Assembly: GCA_965204505.1 (NCBI GenBank)
Contig: CBDBFB010000004.1
Span: forward strand, 107,449-171,448
Direction of reading: 5' to 3'
DNA length: 64,000 bases
DNA from: an uncultured Candidatus Binatia bacterium
GTDB taxonomy: Bacteria > Desulfobacterota > Binatia > UBA9968 > JAJDTQ01
Part shown: positions 10,651 to 19,339 of the stretch, one piece after another
Numbering within the stretch: position 1 is the first letter of the stretch
Layout of the letters: each line of letters opens with the position of its first letter
Notes under the pieces: generated by a model
Told to the model about the DNA's origin: nothing
The model's input: the letters and a program-made list of their open reading frames with translations, nothing else
Databases searched by the model: none
Translations under genes and position numbers: made by a program

Positions 10651-12155
10651 TGGATTGACCCTGTCAAGTTGCTACAGGGTAGTTGAGATCCTCCCCCCTG
10701 GAAGTGTCGGGGTTGGGGCGCGGCCGACGTTCGCGACGGTGGATCACTCTGATATCCGTGGGTTGGTTACCACCTGACTTCACTTCGTCGCGGAGCTGCC
10801 TCACTCTGAAAACGTGGGTTCACCAGTCCTTTTGGGACCGGCCCCTCACAGAACGGCCGAGGGTTCTCCTCACCGGCCGACCACGCCCCGATCCCGACAC
10901 TCCTCTTGCTTCATGTACTCACCGGACCGATACGCGAGCTCAAGCCGCGGCGCGGGACGCGTGCGGCAGGCCGTTGACCTCGCGTGCGATGGCCCAGATG
11001 AATCCGACCAACTCGCGCGCCACCGCCGTGGTGACGTAGCACTTGTTCTTGCCGACCTGATACAGATGCAGGTAGCGACCGCACAGCCGCTTTTGCGCTG
11101 CCCAGGCCAGCGCCTGCACCGCCTCCGGCGCCACGGACGCCTTCTGCCTCATGTACTTGGTCTTGCGTGCCGGGAAGCGATAGCCCCAGGCCGACTCCAC
11201 CAGCAGCCGGCGTACATGGCCGTTGCCGGCCTTGGTGATCGCACCCGGGCGCCGCCGGTCTCCCGAAGAGCGTTCGCTCGGCACTAGGCCGAGGAAACTC
11301 ATCAACTGCCGCGGCGAGTCGAAGCGGGTGAGATCGCCCAGTTCGGCCAGCACCGTGATCGCCGTGATCCGGTTCACGCCCCGCAGACTGATCAACGCCT
11401 CGACCGTCGGACGTAGCGACCACGAAGCCGCCGCCTCAAGCATCTGCTGCTCCACACCATCCAGGCGAGCCTGCGCCTGCTGCACCGTGTCGACGTATTC
11501 CTGGAACACCACCTGCTGAACCGGTTGCTCAAACGCCTGCTGCTCCAACCAGCCAAAATACGGCTTCGTCCAACGGCAACGCCCCGGGAACACCCGCTCG
11601 TGGCGCAACAAGAAAGCGCTCAGCCGCTGCCGGGCCTTCTGCTGTATCGCCAGCATGTCCTCGCGTGCGCGCGTCAGATCCCGCATCGCCTCCTGATCCT
11701 CGTCCGGCACCCACACTGGCGTCAGATCGCCCGAACGGTGCAGGCGCGCCAACGCCACGGCGTCGCGGCGATCCGTCTTCACCCGATCGCCCGGCTTGCG
11801 CGGAATCAGGCTCGGCGCCACCACCGCGCAGGCGTGACCGCTTTCCACGATCTCCCGGTACACCCCGTATCCGCATGGCCCGGCCTCGTAACAGAAGCTC
11901 AGCAGCTTCCCATCCGGGCTCAGCCGGCCGATCAAACGCCGGAGCGACCCGCGTTGATTGCGAATCTCGCCCCGGTACACCGGATCCTGGCGGCCCGGTT
12001 CCGCGATCGCAACCGCAATGGAGTCCTTGTGAACGTCCAGTCCTACGTACGCGCTATACTCCGTCATGGCCTGCCCTCCTCAATAGTGGCTCTTTCTCAC
12101 GGTTCCAGCGTCGAGCATAAACCACCTCGCCCGAGTCGAGGACCAGGTCAATCCA
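10651..12155 (-). mobile_element. IS110-family insertion sequence (~1.5 kb) with short terminal inverted repeats
   Basis: tggattgaccctg at 10651-10663 is the near-perfect reverse complement of caggtcaatcca at 12144-12155. The pair flanks the transposase ORF. The element sits between the ssb stop and a terminator hairpin. Confidence 0.55.
10940..12067 (-). CDS. IS110-family (DEDD) transposase
   Basis: N-terminus MTEYSAYVGLDVHKDSIAVAI is the IS110 RuvC-like DEDD_Tnp signature. 375 aa. Confidence 0.9.
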   Translation of the reverse strand: MTEYSAYVGLDVHKDSIAVAIAEPGRQDPVYRGEIRNQRGSLRRLIGRLSPDGKLLSFCYEAGPCGYGVYREIVESGHACAVVAPSLIPRKPGDRVKTDRRDAVALARLHRSGDLTPVWVPDEDQEAMRDLTRAREDMLAIQQKARQRLSAFLLRHERVFPGRCRWTKPYFGWLEQQAFEQPVQQVVFQEYVDTVQQAQARLDGVEQQMLEAAASWSLRPTVEALISLRGVNRITAITVLAELGDLTRFDSPRQLMSFLGLVPSERSSGDRRRPGAITKAGNGHVRRLLVESAWGYRFPARKTKYMRQKASVAPEAVQALAWAAQKRLCGRYLHLYQVGKNKCYVTTAVARELVGFIWAIAREVNGLPHASRAAA

Positions 12156-12194
12156 TGATGTCTGATACTCCTCCGCTTCGTTTCCTCCCACCCT

Positions 12195-12229
12195 GGGGAC
12201 CGGCGCCTCGTGTGCCGGTCCCTTTTTTT
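12195..12229 (+). terminator. rho-independent terminator-like hairpin plus T-run, probably the displaced ssb operon terminator
   Basis: gggaccggcgcctcgtgtgccggtccc followed by ttttttt, immediately right of the IS110 right end. Confidence 0.5.
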
Positions 12230-12335
12230 GCAGCCTGTCCCGAGCAAGGACCCTCCGGGCATCGCGTCCTCGCGTCGCTCGGCCCGCTCGCCCTCCGGGG
12301 CAGCCGGGTGTCCCGTCCCGTGAAGGAGAACCGCC

Positions 12336-13251
12336 ATGCACTACGGTCCGTCCCCAGCCTCCGCGGTCGCCGCGGCGCTTGCAGCGCGCGCCGAAGAGGT
12401 CTGCCAGCGCTACCTCCCCCACGGCCGCCGCCAGGGCCGCTACTGGGTCGCGGGCGACATCGACGGCGCCCGCGGCCGCTCCCTCTTCGTCCGCCTCCAC
12501 GGCCCGGGCGCGCCCGGGAAGTGGACCGACGCGGCCGTGGGCAGCCACGGCGACCTGCTCGACATCATCCGCCACCGCACGGGCGCGCCGACGCTCCGCG
12601 CGGCGCTTGCCGAAGCGCGCGCCTTCCTCGCCCTGCCGGCTTCGCCGGCCAAGGGCGATGCAGGCGACTACGACGCCGCCGAAGCGGCGCGGCGCCTGTG
12701 GCGGGGATGCCGCGCCATCGACGGCACCCACGCGGAGAAGTACCTGCTCGCCCGGGGGCTCGCGCGCTGCCGGTTCCCGGCGCTGCGCTTCCACCCCGAG
12801 CTTCGCTACCGCGAAGGCTCCTCCGTCATCCGCCTCCCGGCGCTAGTCGCCGCCGTGACCGGCGACGACGGCGCCGTCTTCGGCGTGCACCGCACCTGGC
12901 TCGATCCCCGCCGTCCGGCCAAGGCCGGCGTCGCCTCGCCCCGAAAGGCCCTCGGCGACATCCGCGGCCGTGCCGTGCGCTTCGGCATGCCCGCCGGCGA
13001 TGTCGCTACGCTCCTCGTCGGCGAGGGCATCGAGACCGTGCTGTCGCTGGTCACCGCCGTGCCCGACATCTCCGCGGCCGCAGCCCTCTCCGCCGGCAGT
13101 CTCGGCTCCTTCTCGCCCCCGCCCGCCTGCCGCCGCCTCGTCATCGCCCGCGACAACGACTTCGAGGGCGCATGGGCCGCCGAACGCCTCGCCCGGCGCT
13201 GCGCGCGGGCGGGCGTCGAGGCCGCGGTCATCGTCCCCCAGGGCGGAGACT
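12336..13251 (+). CDS. toprim-domain DNA primase, exon 1 (interrupted by an antisense group II intron)
   Basis: Toprim-like body ...LLVGEGIETVLS...ARDNDFEGAWAAE... The frame runs to ...VIVPQGGD, after which the sequence becomes intron. Confidence 0.7.
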
Positions 13252-13308
13252 ACTGCGGTAGGAACGCCGGTTGCCCGGCGCCCCCCCGCTCAGATCCGGA
13301 CGTGCCCG

Positions 13309-16300
13309 CTAAGGCATCCGGCTCCTCCCTTGGGTACCGCCCCGCATGGCGCTGACGGCAAATCGTTTGTCCGGCCACGGGTGTCGGATTTCCAGCCTGG
13401 GCCAGTGAGCCACCACATGGCGTGCGATGTCGGCCCAGTTCGAGCGGTCCTTCTGCGACCGTCGGCGTAGCGTTCGCAGCCACAGCCGCTTCAGGCGGGT
13501 GGCAAAACGGTAGAGGTATCGGTAGCTGGTCGGGACCGCATAGTAGTTGAGCCATCCGTCGAGCACCTTCCCCAGCCATCTCGCCATTGCTTTGGGTTTG
13601 CAATGCATCCGTCTGCGTAACCCCTCCTTGATCCGCTTCAGTGTCCGGCTCATCCGTTTCGCAACCGGCTTGCGCCCCACCTGAAAGCGCCCCAGTCTGT
13701 TCTCCGTGCAGTAGTGCGTGAAGCCCAGGAAGTCCAAGGTCTCCGGTCTGCCCTGCCCTCGTTGCCGATGGCTTTTGACGGCAAACCGCCCGAACTCAAT
13801 GAGTCGGGTCTTGTCGGGGTGCATTGCCAGTTCAAAACTCTCGAACCGCTCCTTTACGGCACTCAGGAAGCGCTCCGCGTCCCGCTTGTGCTGAAAACCC
13901 ACCACGAGTCGAGTAGCCGAGGGGAATTTCACCCCTCGGCCCTCCCAGAACCGGACGTGAGACTCTCGCCTCATCCGGCTCCTACCCTCCAGCCTCAGAC
14001 ACCGGCTCCTCCCATCTCTGGTTGGCCTCCATCCTTGGCCAGAGGGTCGGGTCCCTTCGCTCCGCCCGCATTGCCGGGCTTCATCGCTAATACGGACCCG
14101 TCCGTCCCTGTGCTCCGCTTCGGTACTCGGCTCCTTGCGGTTCTTCCGCTTGGAGGTCTCCCTTGGCATCGGAGCTCCAGGTTCCCACGTTCCGCACAAG
14201 AGCCTCTCGCTGGTCTCACGCCGCCTTCATGCCGGTCGCCGCTCGGCCAGTCAGCAGGCACCCTCCGAGCTCCATCCCAGACCAACGACTGGAGCCTGGT
14301 TTCGGCGACATCTTTACGCTTTCGACACGTCATCAACGGTTCACTTTCGTTCGTCTTACCAGCGCACACCTGACGGGTGATTCCCGCCTTTTCCGCAACG
14401 CTCACCACCCCGGTCGTTGAACCGGAGCAGCTTGCGGTGGTTTGGACCCTGGTCCTGCAACCCGAGTCCGAGGGGCCTTCCCTCATCTCCTGTGCAGCAA
14501 GGCGCTTCAACTCGGCTCTGCTACGTCATCAGAACCTCCTCTCGTCGCCGTCGTGGCGCACCGTCATCGGCGTACCGCACGATGACGGTGTCGCCTCTGA
14601 CCTCGCGGCTGCGCCATTTCTTCTGGAACCACAGGTCGAGGACGTAGTGCAGGTAGACGTTCGCCAATACCGGCGAAACCACCGAGCCTTGAGGCGTTCC
14701 CCGCAGATCGTCCCGCCACTCTCCAGCTTCGTCGGGTAGGACGCTGGCGCGCGCATCCTTAGGTGGAGGCTTGTCCGCTCCCGCTCTTTCGATCGCGGGT
14801 GGGTGCGCAGTTCCACCATAGACCACGTTTCCAGCATCCCCCCTGAAATTCCGTACGTCCGGTTTTCCCGGGTACGGCTTCAAGCACCAGGCACCCCTTC
14901 AGGAGTTCGGTACGGCGTCTTCCGCGATACCCGCCACGGTTAAGGCTGACCCGGCCATGCCCGTGCAGACACCCGCGTTTACGCCGTCCTTCGACCGTGC
15001 CGCATATCGCCGTGGAGGCCGGTTTCTGTGCACCGGCAGACCAGCCATACGCCACACGGTCACCTAGGCCCAGAGGTCCTCGCTCAGGGCCGGTTATGTT
15101 GTCCAGCCCGTCAACGCTTAATCGACCTCATCCGCCAGTCAGGAGGACTCCGCGTCCTTTCCCGTTATCCGGTTATGGACGCGGTCCTTGACATTCAAGG
15201 GTCACAACATCCTGTCTGTCCTCCTCACCTTCCGGACTTTCACCGCTGAACTTTCCCGGATTGCCGCCGTCTGTACGCCGGGGGACCCGATGCGTGCATT
15301 CCTCAGTTCCTTCCGCATCGGTTCTAGCCATCGGGACGTCATGAATCCCTTGGCATCCACCAATTACCCCCACAAGTCAGCTTCGATGCGGGGAACGCCG
15401 TTTTCGACGCTTCGGACGACTGTTCGCTTTCGCTACGGCCCTCCGGTTTGCTCGCCCTCCAACTGACCTGGACCAGAAGTGAACAATCTCTCACCCGGCC
15501 CACAAGGGCTTTTACTTCCCTGCTTTACAGGCAGCAGGTCGCCCTGTTGCCTGCGGGATATGACTACGACGCCAAACTGAGAATTGCGCCGGCGGGACTT
15601 TCGCCCGCGAGTTCAGCAGCTAGTCTCGCTGCACCATGACGCCGGCGCTCAACCACTTGATGATGAGCCTGATGACCCGCTTGTCCCCGATGCGGTGCTC
15701 CAGGAACCGGATCAGCCAGTCCCTTGACACGTTGTCGAAGAATGCGCGGATGTCACAATCCACCACCCAGTTGATCTTGCGCCGTTTTAACCCGACCGTG
15801 AGCGCATCGAGCGCATTGTGCGGTCCACGCCCTGGCCGGAACCCGTAGCTGAACCCCAGGAACTCCGCCTCATAGATCGGCGTCAGGATTATCTCCGTCA
15901 CCGCCTTCTGGACTATCTTGTCCTCGATGGCCGCGACGCCGAGCGGTCGTGTGCCGCCATCAGGCTTCGGTATGTTCACCCGCCTTGATGGCGTCGCCCG
16001 GTACGCTCCCGAGTGCACGCGGTCGTGAAGGTCGGCCAATCGGCCTTCCAGCCCTTCCTCGTACTCCCGCCACGTCACGCCGTCCGCGCCTGCCGCAGCG
16101 TCTTTCTTCAGTTCGAAGAATGCCCAGCGCAGCGCATCAACCGTGACATGGTGAAGAAGCGCCGTCAGACGCTCCCGTGGTTCCCGTTGAACGAATTGCC
16201 GTATCCGGTCAGCCGCCTGTGTCACGCTTTCCCGGTCCTGCGCCCGGCGCGTGCTTTGGCTTCCCGGATTCCCCTTGGGCTCGGTCCTTCGCTCCATCGA

Positions 16301-16381
16301 CTCCGCCGGGACCACGGCCCCTTTGTTCGCCGACTTCTCAGCTAATATGACCGAGTCTGACTTCTCCATGCCGTGCATCAT
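13309..16381 (-). CDS. group II intron-encoded reverse transcriptase/maturase (RT0-7 plus X, no En domain), in three segments split by nested introns
   Basis: Segments: 16381..15635 (RT0-3, ending ...IKWLSAGVM), 14730..14562 (EAGEWRDDLRGTPQGSVVSPVLANVYLH...RYADD), 13907..13309 (VVVGFQHKRDAERF...ETLDFLGFTHY...LNYYAVP...RHPW). The joins are in frame once introns C and B are removed. Confidence 0.8.
13908..14561 (-). mobile_element. nested ORF-less group II intron B (~654 nt) between RT-motif YADD and VVGF of the intron A RT gene
   Basis: 5' GUGCGCCACGACGG follows ...UACGCCGAUGACG. A canonical 34-nt domain V, GAGCCGGAUGAGGCGAGAGUCUCACGUCCGGUUC, with AGC triad, GAGA tetraloop and AC bulge, is at complement 13948-13981. 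Domain VI GGGCCGAGGGGUGAAAUUCCCCUCGGCUACUCGAC ends at 13908. Confidence 0.7.
14731..15634 (-). mobile_element. nested ORF-less group II intron C (~904 nt) inside the intron A RT gene
   Basis: Starts GUGCAGCGAGACUAGCUG right after ...GGCGUCAUG. It ends ...CGUCCUACCCGAC. The exon join gives AGVM|EAGEW. A domain V-like hairpin CCGUAC-CCGG-GAAAA-CCGG-AC-GUACGG is at complement ~14847-14882. Confidence 0.6.
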
Positions 16382-16735
16382 CGGTTACGGATTCCTCCTT
16401 TCTTCAGCGACCCCGCCACGACAGCGGGATGGCATGGAGACCTCCCAGGTCCCGGTGCTGTGCGTACGTACGTGCCTGGGTTCTTAGACACCGCGGGATT
16501 CCAGCCCCCCTCGCCATATCGGTGAGCTGGATGCTGCCTTCGGCCCATTGAAAAGCCTCGGCATCCCGGACACGTCTCTTTCGGTGCTCAATAGCCCCGC
16601 CCGCACGCGCCCCTGTCAACGCTTAACCCCCATCCTCACGGATGACGGCCCATGACTCGGGGTGGAAGTGGTGGCTTGCCTTTCTTTCCCGCCGGACTTT
16701 CACCGGCTGCACTGGCACCAGTTTGCCTGGCGCAC

Positions 16736-16830
16736 TCAACGACGACCTCGCTTCGCTCGGCGCCGATGTCCTCGCCGCAAGGTTCGCTCCGCTCTTCCGC
16801 TCCGCTGGAGCCGGAGAGGAGCGGGCCTGA
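16736..16830 (+). CDS. toprim primase, displaced 3' segment (restores ...GGDFNDDLASLGADVLAARF...)
   Basis: Joining 13251 to 16736 gives gga gac ttc aac gac gac ctc. This is the canonical toprim C-terminal DFNDxL motif, in frame to the stop at 16830. Confidence 0.65.
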
Positions 16831-16863
16831 GCAGGCGAAGTCTTGACGAGAGGAGGGAGAGTA

Positions 16864-17198
16864 TGGACGCCGTCATCAACCTCAGGCGCGAACCCGCGCT
16901 CCGCGACATATTCGAGCACGCGGACGTGCACAACAACACCGTCCTCATCGACCGCCGCACCAAGTGGGGCAACATGTTCCGCATCGGGCCCGACGGGACC
17001 CGCAGGCAGGTCGTCGCGCTCTACCGCGCCGACCTCTGGGAGCGCATCCGCTCGGGCGAGATCACGTTCGAAGAACTCGCCGAACTGGACGGCATGTGGC
17101 TGGCCTGCTGGTGCGATCCCCAGCCTTGTCACGGACACGTGCTCGCCCGCGCCGCGGCGTGGGCCGCAGCCGCACTGGCCGAAAGGAGGGGCGGGTGA
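16864..17198 (+). CDS. DUF4326-family protein
   Basis: GAGGGAGAG RBS. ...NVHNNTVLIDRRTKWGNMFRIGPDGTRRQVVALYRADLW...LACWCDPQPCHGHVL matches the DUF4326 pattern (WGNPF...C.C....CH). Confidence 0.7.
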
Positions 17199-17200
17199 TG

Positions 17201-17425
17201 GGCAGCGTGACCTTCAAGCGGATCACCCCGCACGAGTCCCGCATCTACGACGACGACGGCGACCATGTCGGCGATGTCTACCGCCACGACGACATCCTCG
17301 CACCCGGCCGCGCCTACTACGTCGTAGTTCTGTTTGAAGATCCCCGCGGACCCAGGCGCGTCCACGACCGCGGCCGCATCCGCGACGTCGCACAATCCCT
17401 CCTCGATTCCCACCCTCTGTTCTGA
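17201..17425 (+). CDS. hypothetical small protein (TGATG overlap with previous)
   Basis: 74 aa, translationally coupled to DUF4326. Confidence 0.35.
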   Translation, partial: GSVTFKRITPHESRIYDDDGDHVGDVYRHDDILAPGRAYYVVVLFEDPRGPRRVHDRGRIRDVAQSLLDSHPLF

Positions 17426-17872
17426 ACGCTTCCGCTGCAACTCCCGGATTATTGGGGCCAGCTTCGGCCTACACCTTCGTTCCGGCCTCTCCTGATTCCT
17501 CCCTTCGCTTCGCCCCCTCCGCCCAGGCCACAGGACCCCTCTCCTCTCCCCAGGCCCGATCCCCGGTCTCCCTGCCGAGCGAGAACCATCTGTGGCCCGC
17601 CAAGCCCTCGGCACCTCCCGGCCTGTTCCTGCCGGGCTCCGCCCGGTTGGATGCCTCGTCCACCGCACCCGGAGATACTCCACAGTAGGCCCTCCCTCCG
17701 TCTCGTCCCATCGTAGCACGCCGTCAACCCCCTCCTTCGTCGGGGGTCCTCCGCTTCGCTCCGGCGCAACCCCGCCCCAGGGCCCCTCCGCCCCGCGTGA
17801 CTGGCCGTGCTCCAACGGGACGAGACGGAGGGAGTTCCTCCACTGGCGGGCGATACGGGAAAGGAGAAGGCG

Positions 17873-18871
17873 ATGGAAGCAACGAACAGGGTAGTCAACG
17901 CCGGCGCAGAAACCGTAGTTCCGAAACACCAGGAGGACAGCATGGAAAGAAACGAAGTCGACAACATTGCAGACCAGGGCGTTTCCAGCATGGCCGCATC
18001 CTGCGAAAACGCTCAGCTCTTCGGCGCTGCCCCGGGACCCGACGAGTTCGATTCCAGGGACGTCTGGGACGAGGAAGACGCACTCGACGCGGTCCACGCG
18101 GCCTTCGAGATCCTCGCGGGCGGCATCGGCCCCGACGGCACCCAGCTCGCGGACGAGCGCGAGAGCCTGCTCTGGGGCTTCGTCAACATGCTCGACGCTC
18201 AGACCCAGCGCCTCGACCGCTCAGCCGACCGCCTCATGCCCGGCCTCCGCGACCTCCAGCACGAGCAGGACGGCTCCGAGATCAAGTCCCGCGAACTCGA
18301 ACTCATCACCGACCGCGCACAGAACCTCGCAGCGCGACGCGACGCCTTCGAGCGGATGCGCGACGTTGCGGCCGAGGACTACCTGGCAGCCACCGGCCAG
18401 ACATGGCGGCCCCGCTCAGGCTCTCACACCAGTCAGACCGGCAAGCTCACCTCCGCAGCCATCGACGCCCGTGACTTCATGCGCGCCCGCAAGGACCGCA
18501 AGACCCAGGCCCACCTGCCCGAGGGAACCCTGGTGGCGGTCACCGGAGGCAAGGACGTGAGCGAGCCCGCCGCGGTCTTCAACAGGCTCGACAAGGTCCG
18601 CGAGAAGTACACCGACATGGTGCTGGTACACGGCGGTGGCCCCGGCGTCGAGCGCATCGCGGCGAGTTGGGCCGAGCAGCGCGGCGTCCACCAGGTCGTC
18701 TGCAAGCCCGACTGGGACCGCCACGGACGGGCCGCTCCCTTCCGCCGCAACGACGACCTCCTCAACCTCCTGCCCAAGGGCGTCATCGCCTTCCCCGGCA
18801 GCGGCATCACCGACAACCTCGTCGACAAGGCGAAGCAGCTCGGCATCCCGGTCCAGAAGGTGGCGGCATAG
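17873..18871 (+). CDS. DUF2493 (SLOG-fold) domain protein
   Basis: AAGGAGAAGG RBS. C-terminal ...MVLVHGGGPGVERIAASWAEQRGVHQVV...FPGSGITDNLVDKAKQLGIPV is a Rossmann/SLOG module typical of DUF2493 proteins of conjugative elements. Confidence 0.65.
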   Translation: MEATNRVVNAGAETVVPKHQEDSMERNEVDNIADQGVSSMAASCENAQLFGAAPGPDEFDSRDVWDEEDALDAVHAAFEILAGGIGPDGTQLADERESLLWGFVNMLDAQTQRLDRSADRLMPGLRDLQHEQDGSEIKSRELELITDRAQNLAARRDAFERMRDVAAEDYLAATGQTWRPRSGSHTSQTGKLTSAAIDARDFMRARKDRKTQAHLPEGTLVAVTGGKDVSEPAAVFNRLDKVREKYTDMVLVHGGGPGVERIAASWAEQRGVHQVVCKPDWDRHGRAAPFRRNDDLLNLLPKGVIAFPGSGITDNLVDKAKQLGIPVQKVAA

Positions 18872-18883
18872 GCCGTACACCGA

Positions 18884-18921
18884 GGGGGCGCGTCGCTTCG
18901 GCGGCGTGCCCCCCTTTTTTT
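18884..18921 (+). terminator. rho-independent terminator
   Basis: gggggcgcgtcgcttcggcggcgtgccccc followed by ttttttt. Confidence 0.75.
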
Positions 18922-19071
18922 GGAGAACCGTATACAATCGCAACCAGAGACCTGTTCCCGTTCGGGGAATGTTGTCTGCCGCCGGCCGGGATACCCGACA
19001 CGGAGGCAGTCACCGACCGCTACCTGGACGTGACGGCATGCATGCTCGAAAGGAAGGACGGAGGGCAACTC

Positions 19072-19338
19072 ATGGAACACGCTGTGGAACTGAATCTTGG
19101 TCCTGACGACAGGAATCGACTGCTTCGTCTACTGGAGGACTGGGGTTGCACAGAACAGGACTTCGTGACCGCGGCCGTGGTGTCGCGGTTGGATCTGTGG
19201 GATTTCGAGAGGTTCATGTCGCGGCATCCGATCTTTGGCAAGGGGGCGCCTGTGGGGCGCGAGCTGGAGCCCGAAGAAGTCGACAGGATCAAGGAAAAGA
19301 TTCGGTTGGCCATGCATCAGTCTTCGCTGCCCGGCTAG
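19072..19338 (+). CDS. hypothetical protein
   Basis: AAGGACGGAGGG RBS precedes ATG 19072. 88 aa. Confidence 0.4.
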   Translation: MEHAVELNLGPDDRNRLLRLLEDWGCTEQDFVTAAVVSRLDLWDFERFMSRHPIFGKGAPVGRELEPEEVDRIKEKIRLAMHQSSLPG

Positions 19339-19339
19339 T

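Larger units (their letters stand above)
13252..16735 (-). mobile_element. group II intron A (~3.5 kb, minus strand) carrying an RT/maturase gene that is itself split by two nested introns
   Basis: 5' GUGCGCCAGG is the complement of 16726-16735. Domain V-like GAGCCGGAUGCCUUAGCGGGCACGUCCGGAUCU is at complement 13292-13324. Domain VI and the 3' end lie near 13252. Excision reconstitutes the primase DFNDDL. Confidence 0.7.

Noticed and set aside
11525-13261. 578-aa plus-strand Arg-rich ORF spanning the IS110 and the primase start
   Set aside because: Crosses a known transposase on the opposite strand, with no domain. GC shadow frame.
14363-14367. GUGCGCUGG at 14367 as the 5' end of nested intron B
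   Set aside because: Leaves 190 nt of non-RT sequence after YADD. The GUGCGCC immediately after GAUGAC(G) at 14561 gives an exact in-frame YADD|VVVGF join.
16612-16616. GUGCG (minus strand) at 16612 as the 5' end of intron A
   Set aside because: Would leave only ~230 nt for domains I-III. Exon joining at 16735 (GUGCGCCAGG) restores the primase DFNDDL motif instead.
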